Positions 19,356-30,306 are shown, numbered from the stretch's first letter. The stretch is DNA of 64,000 nucleotides from an uncultured Oscillospiraceae bacterium (GCA_964390145.1 CAYMHB010000003.1:3145-67144); one strand, 5' to 3'. Notes: generated by a model from the sequence alone, not told the origin. Translations and numbers: made by a program.

Positions 19356-19976
19356 TTATTTTTTATTAAAATATGCGTCAGGAACACTTCCGACGATGAG
19401 TGTCTGCGCGATTGGCATTTCTGATTCTACGGTAATATTACTGTACGCGAACGGAAGCAATATTTCAATGTCAATCGAGATGGAAAGAAAAATTGTATGG
19501 AGAGTCTGATTTATGGCGGTTTCTTCAAAAGTGTGGATTATATCTGCGTGCGTAACAGATATAGGCTCGAACCTTATAGGAACTTTTGGACCGAAGCCTG
19601 CAAAAATGTCGAAACCAATCAGAGAAGACAGGTAAACCCTATTTTCCAGTACATCGTTTTTTTCAATCATATCACCGATTTTGATATCAAGCTCGTTGGC
19701 AAAATTGTTGATAAGAACTGAATTGGTACTTATAGAGGTAACTTTTCCACTACTGTCGCGAGAAATTATGGTTATTTTATCATAACTCAAAAATTCTTCA
19801 AGCATAAGTCGTTTGACCTCTCGGTCAATCATATTTGAAACTTCATTTTCAACGAATTTTTGTGATATAATTATAATTTTAGGCCGCAAATATTTTGTAT
19901 AGGCGTATATCGAAACGAGACCCATAGCCCCAGATAAAATCAAAATGAGGGCAATCAATCTTTTCAATCTGCTCAT
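19356..19976 (-). CDS. putative sporulation protein YunB-like
   Basis: The call rests on the N-terminal TM anchor, the size, and my overall recollection of the Spore_YunB family. It is tentative. Confidence 0.5.
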   Translation of the reverse strand: MSRLKRLIALILILSGAMGLVSIYAYTKYLRPKIIIISQKFVENEVSNMIDREVKRLMLEEFLSYDKITIISRDSSGKVTSISTNSVLINNFANELDIKIGDMIEKNDVLENRVYLSSLIGFDIFAGFGPKVPIRFEPISVTHADIIHTFEETAINQTLHTIFLSISIDIEILLPFAYSNITVESEMPIAQTLIVGSVPDAYFNKK

Positions 19977-20028
19977 GCTACCACTCCTTTATTATTCTAT
20001 GCAGAAAAAAGGAGGATAGTTCAATAAT

Positions 20029-20058
20029 AAAACGGTCAGGATTACCCTGACCGTTTTA
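20029..20058 (-). terminator. Rho-independent terminator after pyk
   Basis: The stem is aacggtcagg / cctgaccgtt, with T-rich flanks. Confidence 0.7.
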
Positions 20059-21483
20059 TTATATCTTTTTTGTGATTTTTTCAAGCCTGATTGTATTGGT
20101 TTCTCCTGATTTGCCACTCGTTGTACCACCGACAATTATCAGGTTGTCACTCTCCTTAAGGTTGAGAATTTCAACTGTTTTGCGGCTTGCGTTATAAAAC
20201 ATAACCTCAGAAGAGGGGAACTCTTCGCAAAGAACAGGAATAACACCCCAGGAAAGTGAGAGCTTACGCCATACTTTTTTGCTTGTAGTAAGTGCAACGA
20301 TATCTGCTATTGGTCGGAACCGTGAAACAAATCTTGCGGTCATGCCGGAAATAGAGCAAACAGCAATAGCTTTTGCGTTAACACTAATTGCCATTGAACA
20401 GGCAGAATGTGAAATAGCGTCGATGTTATCATGCATTTCAAATTCGTGTCTGTGAAAACGCTTGTTATAGTGAATGTTGCTTTCGGTTTCTTTACAGATA
20501 TCACTCATTATTTCAACTGTTTTAACCGGGTATTTACCTACCGCAGTTTCACCTGAAAGCATTACCGCACTTGTTCCGTCGTAAACGGCGTTTGCAACGT
20601 CTGAAATTTCAGCACGTGTAGGACGGGGATTGTATATCATTGATTCGAGCATTTCTGTCGCGGTTATAATTCTCTTTCCGAGCATACGACAAGCTGTAAC
20701 AAGCTTCTTCTGTACTGCGGGAAGTTCCTGAAAAGGAATTTCAACTCCGAGATCACCGCGCGCAATCATAACACCTTCACAGTGCTTGCATATATCATGC
20801 AGGTTATCAACACCAAAACGATTTTCAATCTTTGCAACAAGACCGATATCATTACCGTTATTTGCTTTCAGAAATTCCTTAATATCAACAATATCCTGCT
20901 CGCACGAGACAAATGATGCAGCAATATAGTCAATATCGTTTTCAATGCCGAAAAGAATATCTTTTTTGTCCTGCTCGCTCAAAAATGTCTGTTTTAACAT
21001 TTTGTTCGGGAAACTCATACTCTTCTGGTTGGACAGTTCTCCGCCATGAATTACTGTGCAAAGAGCCTCTGTTTTTGAAAGCTCCTTCACCTTGAATTCT
21101 ACAAGACCATTGTTGACAAGAATCGGATCGCCAATTTCAAGGTCATCCATAAGACCCTTGTAATTAACGCTGACTTTTTTTTCGTCGCCTATGATATCTT
21201 CAATGGTAAATGTAAACTCATCGCCGTCAGAGAGATGGATTTTACCGTCTTTAAATTCCTTAATTCTGTATTCGGGACCCTTTGTGTCAAGCATAATAGC
21301 AACAGGCATATCAAGCTTTTCGCGAACTTTTTTTATAAGGTCAATCATTTCTTTGTGAGCCTCATGTGTGCCATGTGAAAAATTAAGTCTGGCAACATTC
21401 ATTCCGGCTTTGCACATTTGTGTCAATATTTCTTCGCTGTTGCAGGCAGGACCCACCGTGCAAATAATTTTAGTCTTTCTCAT
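20059..21483 (-). CDS. pyk: pyruvate kinase
   Basis: The motifs are MRKTKIICTVGPA, ARLNFSHG and MIARGDLGVEIP. The start is set at the ATG at 21483, with GAAAGGA upstream. Confidence 0.9.
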   Translation of the reverse strand: MRKTKIICTVGPACNSEEILTQMCKAGMNVARLNFSHGTHEAHKEMIDLIKKVREKLDMPVAIMLDTKGPEYRIKEFKDGKIHLSDGDEFTFTIEDIIGDEKKVSVNYKGLMDDLEIGDPILVNNGLVEFKVKELSKTEALCTVIHGGELSNQKSMSFPNKMLKQTFLSEQDKKDILFGIENDIDYIAASFVSCEQDIVDIKEFLKANNGNDIGLVAKIENRFGVDNLHDICKHCEGVMIARGDLGVEIPFQELPAVQKKLVTACRMLGKRIITATEMLESMIYNPRPTRAEISDVANAVYDGTSAVMLSGETAVGKYPVKTVEIMSDICKETESNIHYNKRFHRHEFEMHDNIDAISHSACSMAISVNAKAIAVCSISGMTARFVSRFRPIADIVALTTSKKVWRKLSLSWGVIPVLCEEFPSSEVMFYNASRKTVEILNLKESDNLIIVGGTTSGKSGETNTIRLEKITKKI

Positions 21484-21504
21484 GTGTTTTCCTTTCAAAA
21501 TCAG

Positions 21505-21702
21505 TTATATCTTATTGTCGGTAAGACCGTATCCTTTTGCGATTCGGTTTGCGTAATAGTCTTCATCCTTTTTTTCGTCAACTAAAACTTCCTCATCGTC
21601 CAATTCTTCTTCATAAAGCATATCTTCAGGAATATCGGCCATTTCCGCATATTCGCGGTCAATCATTTTGCTAAAAAGCTTTTCAGCGCCGTTTTGTTTC
21701 AT
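21505..21702 (-). CDS. small acidic hypothetical protein
   Basis: The ORF encodes ~65 aa, with GAAGGG 8 nt upstream of the ATG at 21702. I do not recognise a family. Confidence 0.4.
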   Translation of the reverse strand: MKQNGAEKLFSKMIDREYAEMADIPEDMLYEEELDDEEVLVDEKKDEDYYANRIAKGYGLTDNKI

Positions 21703-21717
21703 TTCGGGCACCCTTCA

Positions 21718-22470
21718 TTATTCAAATCTGATACCTTCGGAACTTTCCTTTTCAACAACAGAAGTTTCTTCGTTGTTGGAAGGTGTTACAGGCTTCTTAT
21801 CGGTCGGGGGAGTGGTTGAATTGCCGGAAGAAGGTTTCTTTTTAGCTTCTTCGACATCATCCTCAACCTCGTCTTCAGTTTCTTCCTGAACTGCCTGATT
21901 ATCTTCACGAGACTCCGTTTCATCAGTTTCCGATTCTGCTACAACTTCCTCATTGGGATATGCTTCCTCATTGGTAGCATTTTCATAAAAATCATTTTCA
22001 TCCGGAATCTTAGGAACAATCGCTTCTTCAACTTCGGTGTTTGTTTCGGTGTCAGTATCTGAAGGTGCTGTAAGGATTTTGTATGCAACAATGAAAGAAA
22101 GCATAAATACTAATATGAATGCAAGAATTACTATAAGTACATGAAGTGCTGTTCTGCCTTTTTTCTTTTTCTTTTTTTTCTTCGCCTTTTTAGGAGCGAC
22201 AGGTTTTTTATCAATTTCTCCGCCCATTAAATTCCCCTCAACAAGCTGTTCTACTATTTCTTCGTCAATCTCGCCATCGGTTAAAGCATTTTCGACAGGC
22301 TGCTTGACAATTTCTTCAGGAGCGTCCTTGATTTCTTTTGTATATTCTGCAACCTCTTCTGGATTTTCAGCAATTTCTTTTTCGGTTAAATCGTCTTCAA
22401 GAAGCGGTGCAAGTGATTCTTTTACAATATTTTTAGGAATGAGTTTTGTTTCTTCTATATTATCTGCCAT
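21718..22470 (-). CDS. hypothetical single-pass membrane protein with acidic low-complexity regions and a poly-Lys tract
   Basis: A GGAGG RBS lies 8 nt before the ATG at 22470 (MADNIEE...). KKAKKKKKKKKGR is followed by the TM helix ALHVLIVILAFILVFMLSFIVAY. Confidence 0.55.
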   Translation of the reverse strand: MADNIEETKLIPKNIVKESLAPLLEDDLTEKEIAENPEEVAEYTKEIKDAPEEIVKQPVENALTDGEIDEEIVEQLVEGNLMGGEIDKKPVAPKKAKKKKKKKKGRTALHVLIVILAFILVFMLSFIVAYKILTAPSDTDTETNTEVEEAIVPKIPDENDFYENATNEEAYPNEEVVAESETDETESREDNQAVQEETEDEVEDDVEEAKKKPSSGNSTTPPTDKKPVTPSNNEETSVVEKESSEGIRFE

Positions 22471-22502
22471 TTTAGTTACCTCCAACTCTTTCGTAGTCAA
22501 CA

Positions 22503-25500
22503 TCATTGCAATTCTATTATATCATTTTTATGCATTAAGTAAAGATATTTTTGTATAATTTTTTCCTTAAAGCGTTTCTTCAATGCCAATTCGTAATAAT
22601 AAAGCTGCTTCTGATATTTTTCGACAATTTCAATTGGGTTTTCATATACGTCTGTTTTGTAGTCAACAAGAATAATCCTGCCGTCATATTCAAAATAGCA
22701 GTCAATAATACCCTGGATACATATGGTCTCACTTGCAGGAAGAGATTCGTCAACCTCGTTTGCACTAACACTTATGACAAATGATTCTTCACGATATACC
22801 CTGTCTGCGCCTTTAAGCATTTTCCCAAGAGCACTTTCAAGAAACTCCTCGATTTTTTCCATTCTTATTGACTCATATTCTTTATCTGTGAGAAAACCTT
22901 TTTCATAGAGATTTTGACATTGTTCGCTTACGGAAGAGCCGTTGTAGTCGAGGTATTGAAGAATTTTGTGATGTACAGTACCGAAAAATGTACCTTGCGA
23001 TTGCTTTTTGTCGAAATCAGGACGCCTTAACAAAATCTTCTTTGAAGATGGAATACCAATCATCGGAATATGGCCGTCATCTGACGGAGCAAGGTTTATA
23101 TCAAGCGATTTCAAAAATGTTACCGATGCCTTATTAGGAAGAGATACGGAACTTTTGTGTGGGTACTCATATTCGAGAAGTGATGAAATGTTTTTATCTT
23201 CAACAAATTCGTAATTACCACACTTATCTTCTGTAGTTTCCGCAGTAACTTCGGTTGGGGTAACGATTTTAAGATTCCACATATTGTCCGCACCGCGGGC
23301 ATACGCAAGAGCCATAAGAGAAAAATAGTTGCTTGCGGCGAGGATTTCGTTTGCGCTCAGGCTCGCTAAAGCTGAAAGAGAGTTTTCATCAAACTTTTCA
23401 GCATTCTGGAGCGCGCCAACAACATATAATTTTTCTCGCGCACGGGTAAGTGCAACGTAGAAAAGGCGCATTTCTTCGCGTGCGTTTTCCTTTGATTCAA
23501 TATCCTTAAGAACTGTTTGTATGGGTGAATTATATTTACAACGCAATACAGGATTGATTACATCCATACCGATTCCCGCGTGACTGTTCATAATCAGCCC
23601 GCCTGCTTTTGTTTTGACACTTCCGTATGAATTAGCACATCCGATTACAAAAACAATAGGAAATTCAAGCCCTTTTGATTTATGAATGGTCATTATTCTG
23701 ACTGCATCCATCCGATCGGAAATAGATTTTGCTTCACTCGTAACGTCTGCAGTTTTTTTGATTTTCTCAACATAATTTACAAAGTTGAAAAGCCCTGTAT
23801 ATGAAGAGCGCTCAAATTCTTCCGCCTTTTCAAGCAACAGGTCAAGATTCGCTCGGCGGAGCGCACCGTCGGGGAAGGACAAGACACTGCTGTAAAGGTT
23901 TGTATCTGTATAGATTCTGCGGATAAGCTCTTCGACCGTAATAAATCCCGATGCATTTCTCCATGCGGTGAGAGTTTTTAAGAAGTTTTTGCATTTTTTT
24001 GCAAGGGTTGGGCTTATCGGATACTTTGACGAGCAAATTCCGTAAAATGCATCGCAGAAACTTTCTTTGCTGCAAAGACGGATTTTAAGAAGGTCATTCT
24101 CGTCAAACATAAACATCGGACTGCGAAGCGCACACGCAAGGGAAATATCGCTTTGTGCATTGTCAATAAGGCGCAGGATTTCAAGTACCTGACCGACTTC
24201 AACAGTCTCGTAAAGGTCGCTGTTACCGTCAACACAGCAAGGAACGCCTTCAAGCGCGAATGCATTTTCGAAAAAGTCTGACGATTTTTTTACGCTTCGT
24301 GCAAGTACGGCAATATCGCTGTATTTTACTTCGCGTTGCTCACCTGTTTCTTTGTCCCATACAAGTCTTTTTGACTTTACGATTTCCTTGATTTCCTTTG
24401 CAATATAAGCGGCTTCGCTGTATCTTCTTTCGTCGATTTTTCCTTCGCTTTCAATGATGATTATGTCACATTTTTCGCCTTTGACACTCTCCGGCATAAA
24501 GTCGGCACCGAAATCAAGACTTTGCTCTTTTTTGTAATCAACTCCGCTTGAAGGAAGGGTCATTACAACATTAAAAATACTGTTAACACCGTCAATTACA
24601 CTTTTTGCGCTGCGGAAATTTTTGGAAAGGAATATCTTGCGCTTGTGTGAATCCTCGTCAAAAAATGATTCCTCACATTTTTTCATAAAGATTGAAGGGT
24701 CAGCGTTACGGAATCCGTAAATACTTTGCTTAACGTCTCCAACCATAAAACTGCGACCGCGGGAAATGAGTGAGAACAACATATCCTGAAGATCGTTTGA
24801 ATCCTGAAATTCGTCGATGTATATTTCGTCATATTTGTTCTTGAGCGATTCTCCCGTATCGCTGAGGTTTATTCCGTCTTCGGAGATTATATCGAGTGCG
24901 AGGTGCTCGCATGTAGAAAAATCGATGATTTTTCTGTCAGTCATCTTTTTATAATAAATTCTGCCGAGAAGAATTGTCGCACTGCAAAGTGCCTTTATCT
25001 GCGGATAAAGTTGTGCGCGTAATGATTCGCATTCTTCAAGTGAAAATTCAAGATACATCGGAAGACGTTTTTTTATATTGTTCTTAATAACCGTGCGTGT
25101 TGCAGTAATTTTCTTTTTGAGTTCCTTGTCGCAATCGGTGTTTTTTCCCGTGATTGTAGGGAAAAGAGATGCCGACTGATAGTACTCGTAAAGTTCCTTA
25201 TAATCTTTGCAGGACGCAAATTCATAAAGCTGCTGCGCTTCATTACGCAAAAAGTCAGCGTAGCCGATATTATTTACCTCGCAAACTTCTGCAAGAGAAT
25301 TTATACTATCGCCTGCGTTTTTCAGAGTGATTTTGCACATATCACAAACGTATTTATAAATAAATGTATCGGAATAGGGAGTAGCGCTGTTATACATATC
25401 CGCGACTTCATTAAGCCATTTTTCAGGATATGCGGCAGATTGCGCCTTGGTGTAAAGTTCGGAAATCATCGTTGTATAATCTCCGACACCCTTTATATTT

Positions 25501-26117
25501 TCGGAAAATTCGCTGTCACGATTTTCGTATGAACAGGCATTTGTAAGTGCCTCAAACCCCTTGAGGATAAAATCAAACTCTGTTTTGTCCGCGAATTCAT
25601 TTTCTGCTATAAGGGAAAGGAGTTGATTTTCCTCTGTCAAGGGATTTCCCTTGCTCTTTTCAAGCGCACAATAAAGTGCGTTTACTGCTTCTTCAAGTGC
25701 GGAAAGTTTGAGAAGAGACAGCTCTCCCGTCTCGCCGATAGAAATATCTGAAGGGAGATTTACCTTGAAAAAGTTTTGCTTTACAATGTCGTAGCAGAAT
25801 GAGTCAATCGTAGAGATCTGCGCACTGCCAAGTAGTGCAAGTTGTCCTTTAAGGTACTTGCGCGCAGACGCATCATCACTTTCATTTATTGCTTTCTTAA
25901 GAGCCTTTCCGATACGCTCCTTCATTTCCGATGCTGCCGCCTTGGTAAATGTCACAACAAGGAGCTTTTCAACGGAAACAGGGGAAGAGGTGTCTTTAAT
26001 TCTTTCGATAATTCTTGTTGTAAGAACCTGTGTTTTACCGCTGCCTGCGGCGGCGCTTACAACAATTTCGGAAGGCTTGGCAAATATGCATTTTTCCTGA
26101 TCATTGGTCCATTTCAT
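22503..26117 (-). CDS. addA: ATP-dependent helicase/nuclease subunit A
   Basis: It has the UvrD-type Walker A AAAGSGKTQVL and a C-terminal RecB-family nuclease (GIIDCYF...VDYKTD). The start MKWTNDQ is at 26117, with AGGAGG upstream. It overlaps the end of addB. Confidence 0.9.
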   Translation of the reverse strand: MKWTNDQEKCIFAKPSEIVVSAAAGSGKTQVLTTRIIERIKDTSSPVSVEKLLVVTFTKAAASEMKERIGKALKKAINESDDASARKYLKGQLALLGSAQISTIDSFCYDIVKQNFFKVNLPSDISIGETGELSLLKLSALEEAVNALYCALEKSKGNPLTEENQLLSLIAENEFADKTEFDFILKGFEALTNACSYENRDSEFSENIKGVGDYTTMISELYTKAQSAAYPEKWLNEVADMYNSATPYSDTFIYKYVCDMCKITLKNAGDSINSLAEVCEVNNIGYADFLRNEAQQLYEFASCKDYKELYEYYQSASLFPTITGKNTDCDKELKKKITATRTVIKNNIKKRLPMYLEFSLEECESLRAQLYPQIKALCSATILLGRIYYKKMTDRKIIDFSTCEHLALDIISEDGINLSDTGESLKNKYDEIYIDEFQDSNDLQDMLFSLISRGRSFMVGDVKQSIYGFRNADPSIFMKKCEESFFDEDSHKRKIFLSKNFRSAKSVIDGVNSIFNVVMTLPSSGVDYKKEQSLDFGADFMPESVKGEKCDIIIIESEGKIDERRYSEAAYIAKEIKEIVKSKRLVWDKETGEQREVKYSDIAVLARSVKKSSDFFENAFALEGVPCCVDGNSDLYETVEVGQVLEILRLIDNAQSDISLACALRSPMFMFDENDLLKIRLCSKESFCDAFYGICSSKYPISPTLAKKCKNFLKTLTAWRNASGFITVEELIRRIYTDTNLYSSVLSFPDGALRRANLDLLLEKAEEFERSSYTGLFNFVNYVEKIKKTADVTSEAKSISDRMDAVRIMTIHKSKGLEFPIVFVIGCANSYGSVKTKAGGLIMNSHAGIGMDVINPVLRCKYNSPIQTVLKDIESKENAREEMRLFYVALTRAREKLYVVGALQNAEKFDENSLSALASLSANEILAASNYFSLMALAYARGADNMWNLKIVTPTEVTAETTEDKCGNYEFVEDKNISSLLEYEYPHKSSVSLPNKASVTFLKSLDINLAPSDDGHIPMIGIPSSKKILLRRPDFDKKQSQGTFFGTVHHKILQYLDYNGSSVSEQCQNLYEKGFLTDKEYESIRMEKIEEFLESALGKMLKGADRVYREESFVISVSANEVDESLPASETICIQGIIDCYFEYDGRIILVDYKTDVYENPIEIVEKYQKQLYYYELALKKRFKEKIIQKYLYLMHKNDIIELQ

Positions 26118-29100
26118 TTTCTGCAGCCTCCTTTTCAAGAATTGCCCAGATTTCGTCATCAGTAAGTTCGGGAGATGATTGCGTCATGCAACCGACAAAT
26201 GAGGTGTCAAATCGGCATAACTGATTAAATTCACACCAAGTGCATGCGTCGTCGCTGCAGCGGATGGGGAACTTTCCTCCGTAAATATCCTGTGCAGTTT
26301 TTGAAACAACTTTATTGATGTGGCGGAACATTGAATTGAAATTCTTTGCAGTAACTGCTTTCTTTGTTTTTAAGATTTCGTCGCCCCCCATATGGTCGAG
26401 CATCGAATGTTCGGAAAGGATTATTCCGTCCATTCGTCTTGCTTTTGATTTTTGTGCAAGAATTTCTTCCTCTGTCGCATTTGACTTAACGGAAACCATC
26501 TGGTCTGAAAGATTGCAGTAAAGTATTCCTGCGGGAGAGTAACCGTTGTCGCAAAGCGCGGAAAGATACACGAAAAGCTGCAGCTGAACGCCCTGATAAA
26601 CATCTGCAAGAGAAATGGTTTTATCACTGCTCTTGTAATCTACAATTCTTACAAATTTGCCGACAGTTCCGTCGGGCATAGCTATACTGAATTCATCGGC
26701 ACGGTCGATTCTTCCGCGCAGAATAACCTTCTGACCATCGGGAAGAGTGATCTTACGTGGCTTGAAAGTTCCGTCCTCATCAAAACTGATTTCGTATCCC
26801 ATTGGGATAAAATCGCTCTTGACAATATGATTTCTTACCGCGAAAACGGCCTGCATTGCACTGCGGCACAATCTGTCGAACAGCGCTTTGATTCGCGGAG
26901 TTTCAAGTATATGAGAATTAACCCCTGCGAGTACTTCCTTGAGTATGATAGGGGTGTGTTTCTTTATGAATTCGTCATCAATCGTTTTCCAAGTGTGCGG
27001 ATTTCCGTCTTCGTCAACACTGTTTATAATAAAACTCGAGAATATATCGAGGAAATCGTGAAGAAACGAACCGCTGTCGGATACATTGACCTCAAATGTC
27101 TTTTTCGGTTCGAGTTTAAGCAAATATTTCGCGAAATACGAGAAGGGACACTTGTTGTAGGATTCAAGACGGGTAATACTCGTCTTCATTTCGTCTCCGA
27201 TTGCTTTTCCTATAAGGTCCGGGTAAATTGTACTCGTCGCGTTTGTAAACTTTGTCATACGGATTGCTTCGTCAAGAAGCGGTGCATAAACATCGTCTTT
27301 GCTGAAGTAATATGCCGCTGCACTCATTACGGGGGAAAGTGCCTTGCCCTCGGTGACATATTCGCGAAGACGCGCGCAGAGCATATCAAACACCGCTTTT
27401 TTCGATGTAATTGCGCTTATATCATCGGGAATAGCTACGATATCGTCAGTAAACGAAATGTCAGGGAAAAGCGTCATAATGCGCTCTACAACTTCGCTCG
27501 GCATCATGGCACCCGATGAACTGTCTGCCATTGCGTAACTGATGACAAGCTTTTCACCTGCACAGGTGATAGCATCGTAAATCAAAAGCTCTTCACTCTG
27601 CGCCATATGGAGCAGAGTTGGAGGCATCTCAATACCCATTTGTGTTAATGTCTTTTTGTCGTCGTCGCTGAAAATTCCGCTTTCCGATGGGGAGGCAGGG
27701 AACACACCACTGTTCACACCAATCAGGAACACAACTTTTGCACCGTGTCCCTTGATTCTGTCTATACTGCCGATTGTCACACAGTCGGATGAACTGGGAA
27801 TTGTGCCGATTTCAACCGATTCGAGACCGGTAGAGATAGTCGTGTAAAATTCGCGCAGTGTCAGTTCTTTGTGACCTAATACGGAGCAGATATCGTCAAA
27901 TATTTCGATAAGTATATTGTAAACCTGCATTGTCTGAAGCGCATACAGATTTTCGCCCGATTTTTCGAGCGCTCTTACATGGAATTTAATGCTTGCCTCC
28001 AGTCCGACTTCGCTTAAAAAGTCAAAGAGATATGTGCAAAGCCGACATACTGTTGCCTTTTTACGCATCTTTGTAATAAGTTCATTTAAAGGATTATAAA
28101 CCTTTTCGCGCAGAGCATTTATTTTTCCCATTCGCTCGGGAGTAAATTCATCGCTGCGCATACCGTTTTCGCTGCTGTATGCGCCTGCTTTTACTGAAAA
28201 AGGTTTGCCCCAGGAATACTGCCTTACACCCGTTGCAAGACAGTAATTTTCAAGCTCGTCCGCCTCATCTTTGGTAAGAGGGGAGAACGGGCTTTTTATG
28301 TAACTGAATATATTTTCGTAAGTAAATCCGCCAAGCGCAATATCAAGAATACTTGTTATGAAGACAGAAACGCTGTGGCTCGAAAGCGAAATTTTCCTGT
28401 CAAGGAAAATCGGAATTTCATAAAATGGGAATACCCGTTCAATAATGCCCTTGTAAATTTCGGCATCTCTTGCGACGATGGAAATATCGCGGTAGCGCAT
28501 TTTTTTGTCGCGCACAAGCCTTGTTATTTCGCGTGCAACGTTATGGATTTCCGAAAATCTGTTTTGTCCGCAGAATATGCTGATGCTTCCGTCGTCTCCC
28601 GCAAGTGGGGAAGTGATATCGGAAAAATAAGTCTTTTCAAGGTGTGAAAGCATAGGCCTTGCACCAATCATCGCACAAGAAAGATTTTCAGTCGGTTCAA
28701 TTTCAGCGCCATTTTCCTGTGCTGTGCGAATCAATGTGTCATAGGTGCGATTTACCGTTTCAAACGGCTCCTTACCGTCCGTGCAAAGCGCAACACACAC
28801 TCTCTTAGCGCGTTTTATCATCTGTTTTATACATTCGCATTCGATCGGGTCAAAATCTGAAAACTGGTCTATGTAAATGTGCTTGTCCGAAAGAAAATCA
28901 CAGTCTTCGTCGGCAAAAATATCAGCAAGCACGCTGAGCTTATCGCATAAATCGGAAATCTGTGCCTCGGATAATTCGCGCAGATATTCCTCATATATTA
29001 CGAGCGAGTCAGAAAGTTTCTTCTTAAGAAGAGAGTCATCAGTTTTGTCAATCGCATAGCGGAGTTTATCGGGGGTAATGCGATAACGCTTGAAGGTCGT

Positions 29101-29460
29101 AATTATTGCAGATGCCGTACTCGAAAGCTCGCTCTTTTTAACAAGACCGTCAAAAAGGCGCAGATTTTCAGGCGCAATCGAGTTTGCACAGTAGCTGACA
29201 AGCATTTCATAAGATGCGTTGTCCGACACGAATTCAGGTGCACCATATTTTGAAAAAACAAGGTCGGCAAGGCGCATGAAACTAAGGACCTGTGGATTGC
29301 CAAGCCCTACTGTGCCGAATTTATCAATTATTTTCTTTTCGGCAGAAAAGGAAAACTGCTCAGGTACGATATAAATTGAATTCTCGTTTTCGAGCATATC
29401 GTCAAGCAAGTATGTACTTTTTCCGCTTCCTGCACGACCGCAAACAATCTTAAGAGACAT
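26101..29460 (-). CDS. addB: helicase-exonuclease AddAB subunit B
   Basis: It has the Walker A GRAGSGKST. The C-terminal nuclease has Fe-S cluster cysteines (CPFSYF ... CTWCEFNQLC). It is paired with addA. Confidence 0.9.
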   Translation of the reverse strand: MSLKIVCGRAGSGKSTYLLDDMLENENSIYIVPEQFSFSAEKKIIDKFGTVGLGNPQVLSFMRLADLVFSKYGAPEFVSDNASYEMLVSYCANSIAPENLRLFDGLVKKSELSSTASAIITTFKRYRITPDKLRYAIDKTDDSLLKKKLSDSLVIYEEYLRELSEAQISDLCDKLSVLADIFADEDCDFLSDKHIYIDQFSDFDPIECECIKQMIKRAKRVCVALCTDGKEPFETVNRTYDTLIRTAQENGAEIEPTENLSCAMIGARPMLSHLEKTYFSDITSPLAGDDGSISIFCGQNRFSEIHNVAREITRLVRDKKMRYRDISIVARDAEIYKGIIERVFPFYEIPIFLDRKISLSSHSVSVFITSILDIALGGFTYENIFSYIKSPFSPLTKDEADELENYCLATGVRQYSWGKPFSVKAGAYSSENGMRSDEFTPERMGKINALREKVYNPLNELITKMRKKATVCRLCTYLFDFLSEVGLEASIKFHVRALEKSGENLYALQTMQVYNILIEIFDDICSVLGHKELTLREFYTTISTGLESVEIGTIPSSSDCVTIGSIDRIKGHGAKVVFLIGVNSGVFPASPSESGIFSDDDKKTLTQMGIEMPPTLLHMAQSEELLIYDAITCAGEKLVISYAMADSSSGAMMPSEVVERIMTLFPDISFTDDIVAIPDDISAITSKKAVFDMLCARLREYVTEGKALSPVMSAAAYYFSKDDVYAPLLDEAIRMTKFTNATSTIYPDLIGKAIGDEMKTSITRLESYNKCPFSYFAKYLLKLEPKKTFEVNVSDSGSFLHDFLDIFSSFIINSVDEDGNPHTWKTIDDEFIKKHTPIILKEVLAGVNSHILETPRIKALFDRLCRSAMQAVFAVRNHIVKSDFIPMGYEISFDEDGTFKPRKITLPDGQKVILRGRIDRADEFSIAMPDGTVGKFVRIVDYKSSDKTISLADVYQGVQLQLFVYLSALCDNGYSPAGILYCNLSDQMVSVKSNATEEEILAQKSKARRMDGIILSEHSMLDHMGGDEILKTKKAVTAKNFNSMFRHINKVVSKTAQDIYGGKFPIRCSDDACTWCEFNQLCRFDTSFVGCMTQSSPELTDDEIWAILEKEAAENEMDQ

Positions 29461-29560
29461 AAAAGCGACTCCTTAATATGTGATATATAAATTATACTAT
29501 ATATTGTCCTGACTTTCAATAAAAAACTCAAATTATTGTAAAATTATAGGGTTAAAATTA

Positions 29561-29589
29561 TTGCAATTACAGAATTTGTGCAGTATAAT
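29561..29589 (+). promoter_or_regulatory. sigma-A-type promoter upstream of the GNAT gene
   Basis: The elements are TTGCAA, a 17-nt spacer, and TATAAT. Confidence 0.5.
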
Positions 29590-29662
29590 ATATCTTGAGT
29601 TATTATAGTTGCAGATGATATTTAAGTAAAGCTGTTGATATAATTTAAAAAGGTGATTTGAT

Positions 29663-30100
29663 ATGAATACTATAATAAGAGTTATGACCCCAAAAGATAA
29701 ACCCGAAGTTTTTGAAATGATGAAAACTTTCTACACTTCTCCTGCTGTATTTACCGACGGGTCTGATGAAATCTATTCTGAAGATATAGATAATTGTGTT
29801 AACGATAACCCTTATCTTGAAGGATACATCATTGAAAATTCAGAAGAAATACAAGGATATGCGATGATTGCGAAAAGCTTTTCAACGGAATTCGGTAAGC
29901 CGTGTATCTGGATTGAGGATTTGTATATCAAAGAAGAGTATCGTGGTTTGGGAATAGGGAAAATGTTTTTTGATTTTATAGAAAAAAGGTATACCGACTG
30001 CATTTTCCGTCTGGAAGTGGAAGAAGAAAATGAAAGAGCGGTAAAATTATATAAAAAATGCGGATTTACTGTTCTGCCATATATGGAAATGAAAAAATAA
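29663..30100 (+). CDS. GNAT family N-acetyltransferase
   Basis: It carries the acetyl-CoA binding motif YRGLGIGKMFFDFIE. Confidence 0.85.
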   Translation: MNTIIRVMTPKDKPEVFEMMKTFYTSPAVFTDGSDEIYSEDIDNCVNDNPYLEGYIIENSEEIQGYAMIAKSFSTEFGKPCIWIEDLYIKEEYRGLGIGKMFFDFIEKRYTDCIFRLEVEEENERAVKLYKKCGFTVLPYMEMKK

Positions 30101-30118
30101 CTTAAAAGGAGAATAATT

Positions 30119-30286
30119 ATGGACAAGAAAAAAATAGACCGTATAAATGAACTTGCACACAAGAAAAAGGCGGAAGGACTTACCGAGGCAGAACTTCAGG
30201 AGCAGGCAGAACTGCGTAAAGAATACCTTGAAAGTATCCGCGCAAACTTCAGACAGACGCTCGAAAGTATAGAGTATAAAGATTAA
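30119..30286 (+). CDS. DUF896 (UPF0291) family small protein
   Basis: This 55-aa ORF is missing from the track because it is under 60 aa. The sequence is MDKKKIDRINELAHKKKAEGLTEAELQEQAELRKEYLESIRANFRQTLESIEYKD. An AAAGGAG RBS is present. Confidence 0.7.
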   Translation: MDKKKIDRINELAHKKKAEGLTEAELQEQAELRKEYLESIRANFRQTLESIEYKD

Positions 30287-30306
30287 AAAGAAAGAAGAGA
30301 ATTGTT

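Noticed and set aside
26827-27519. A 230-aa plus-strand ORF.
   Set aside because: It is antisense to addB and has no RBS or recognisable motif.
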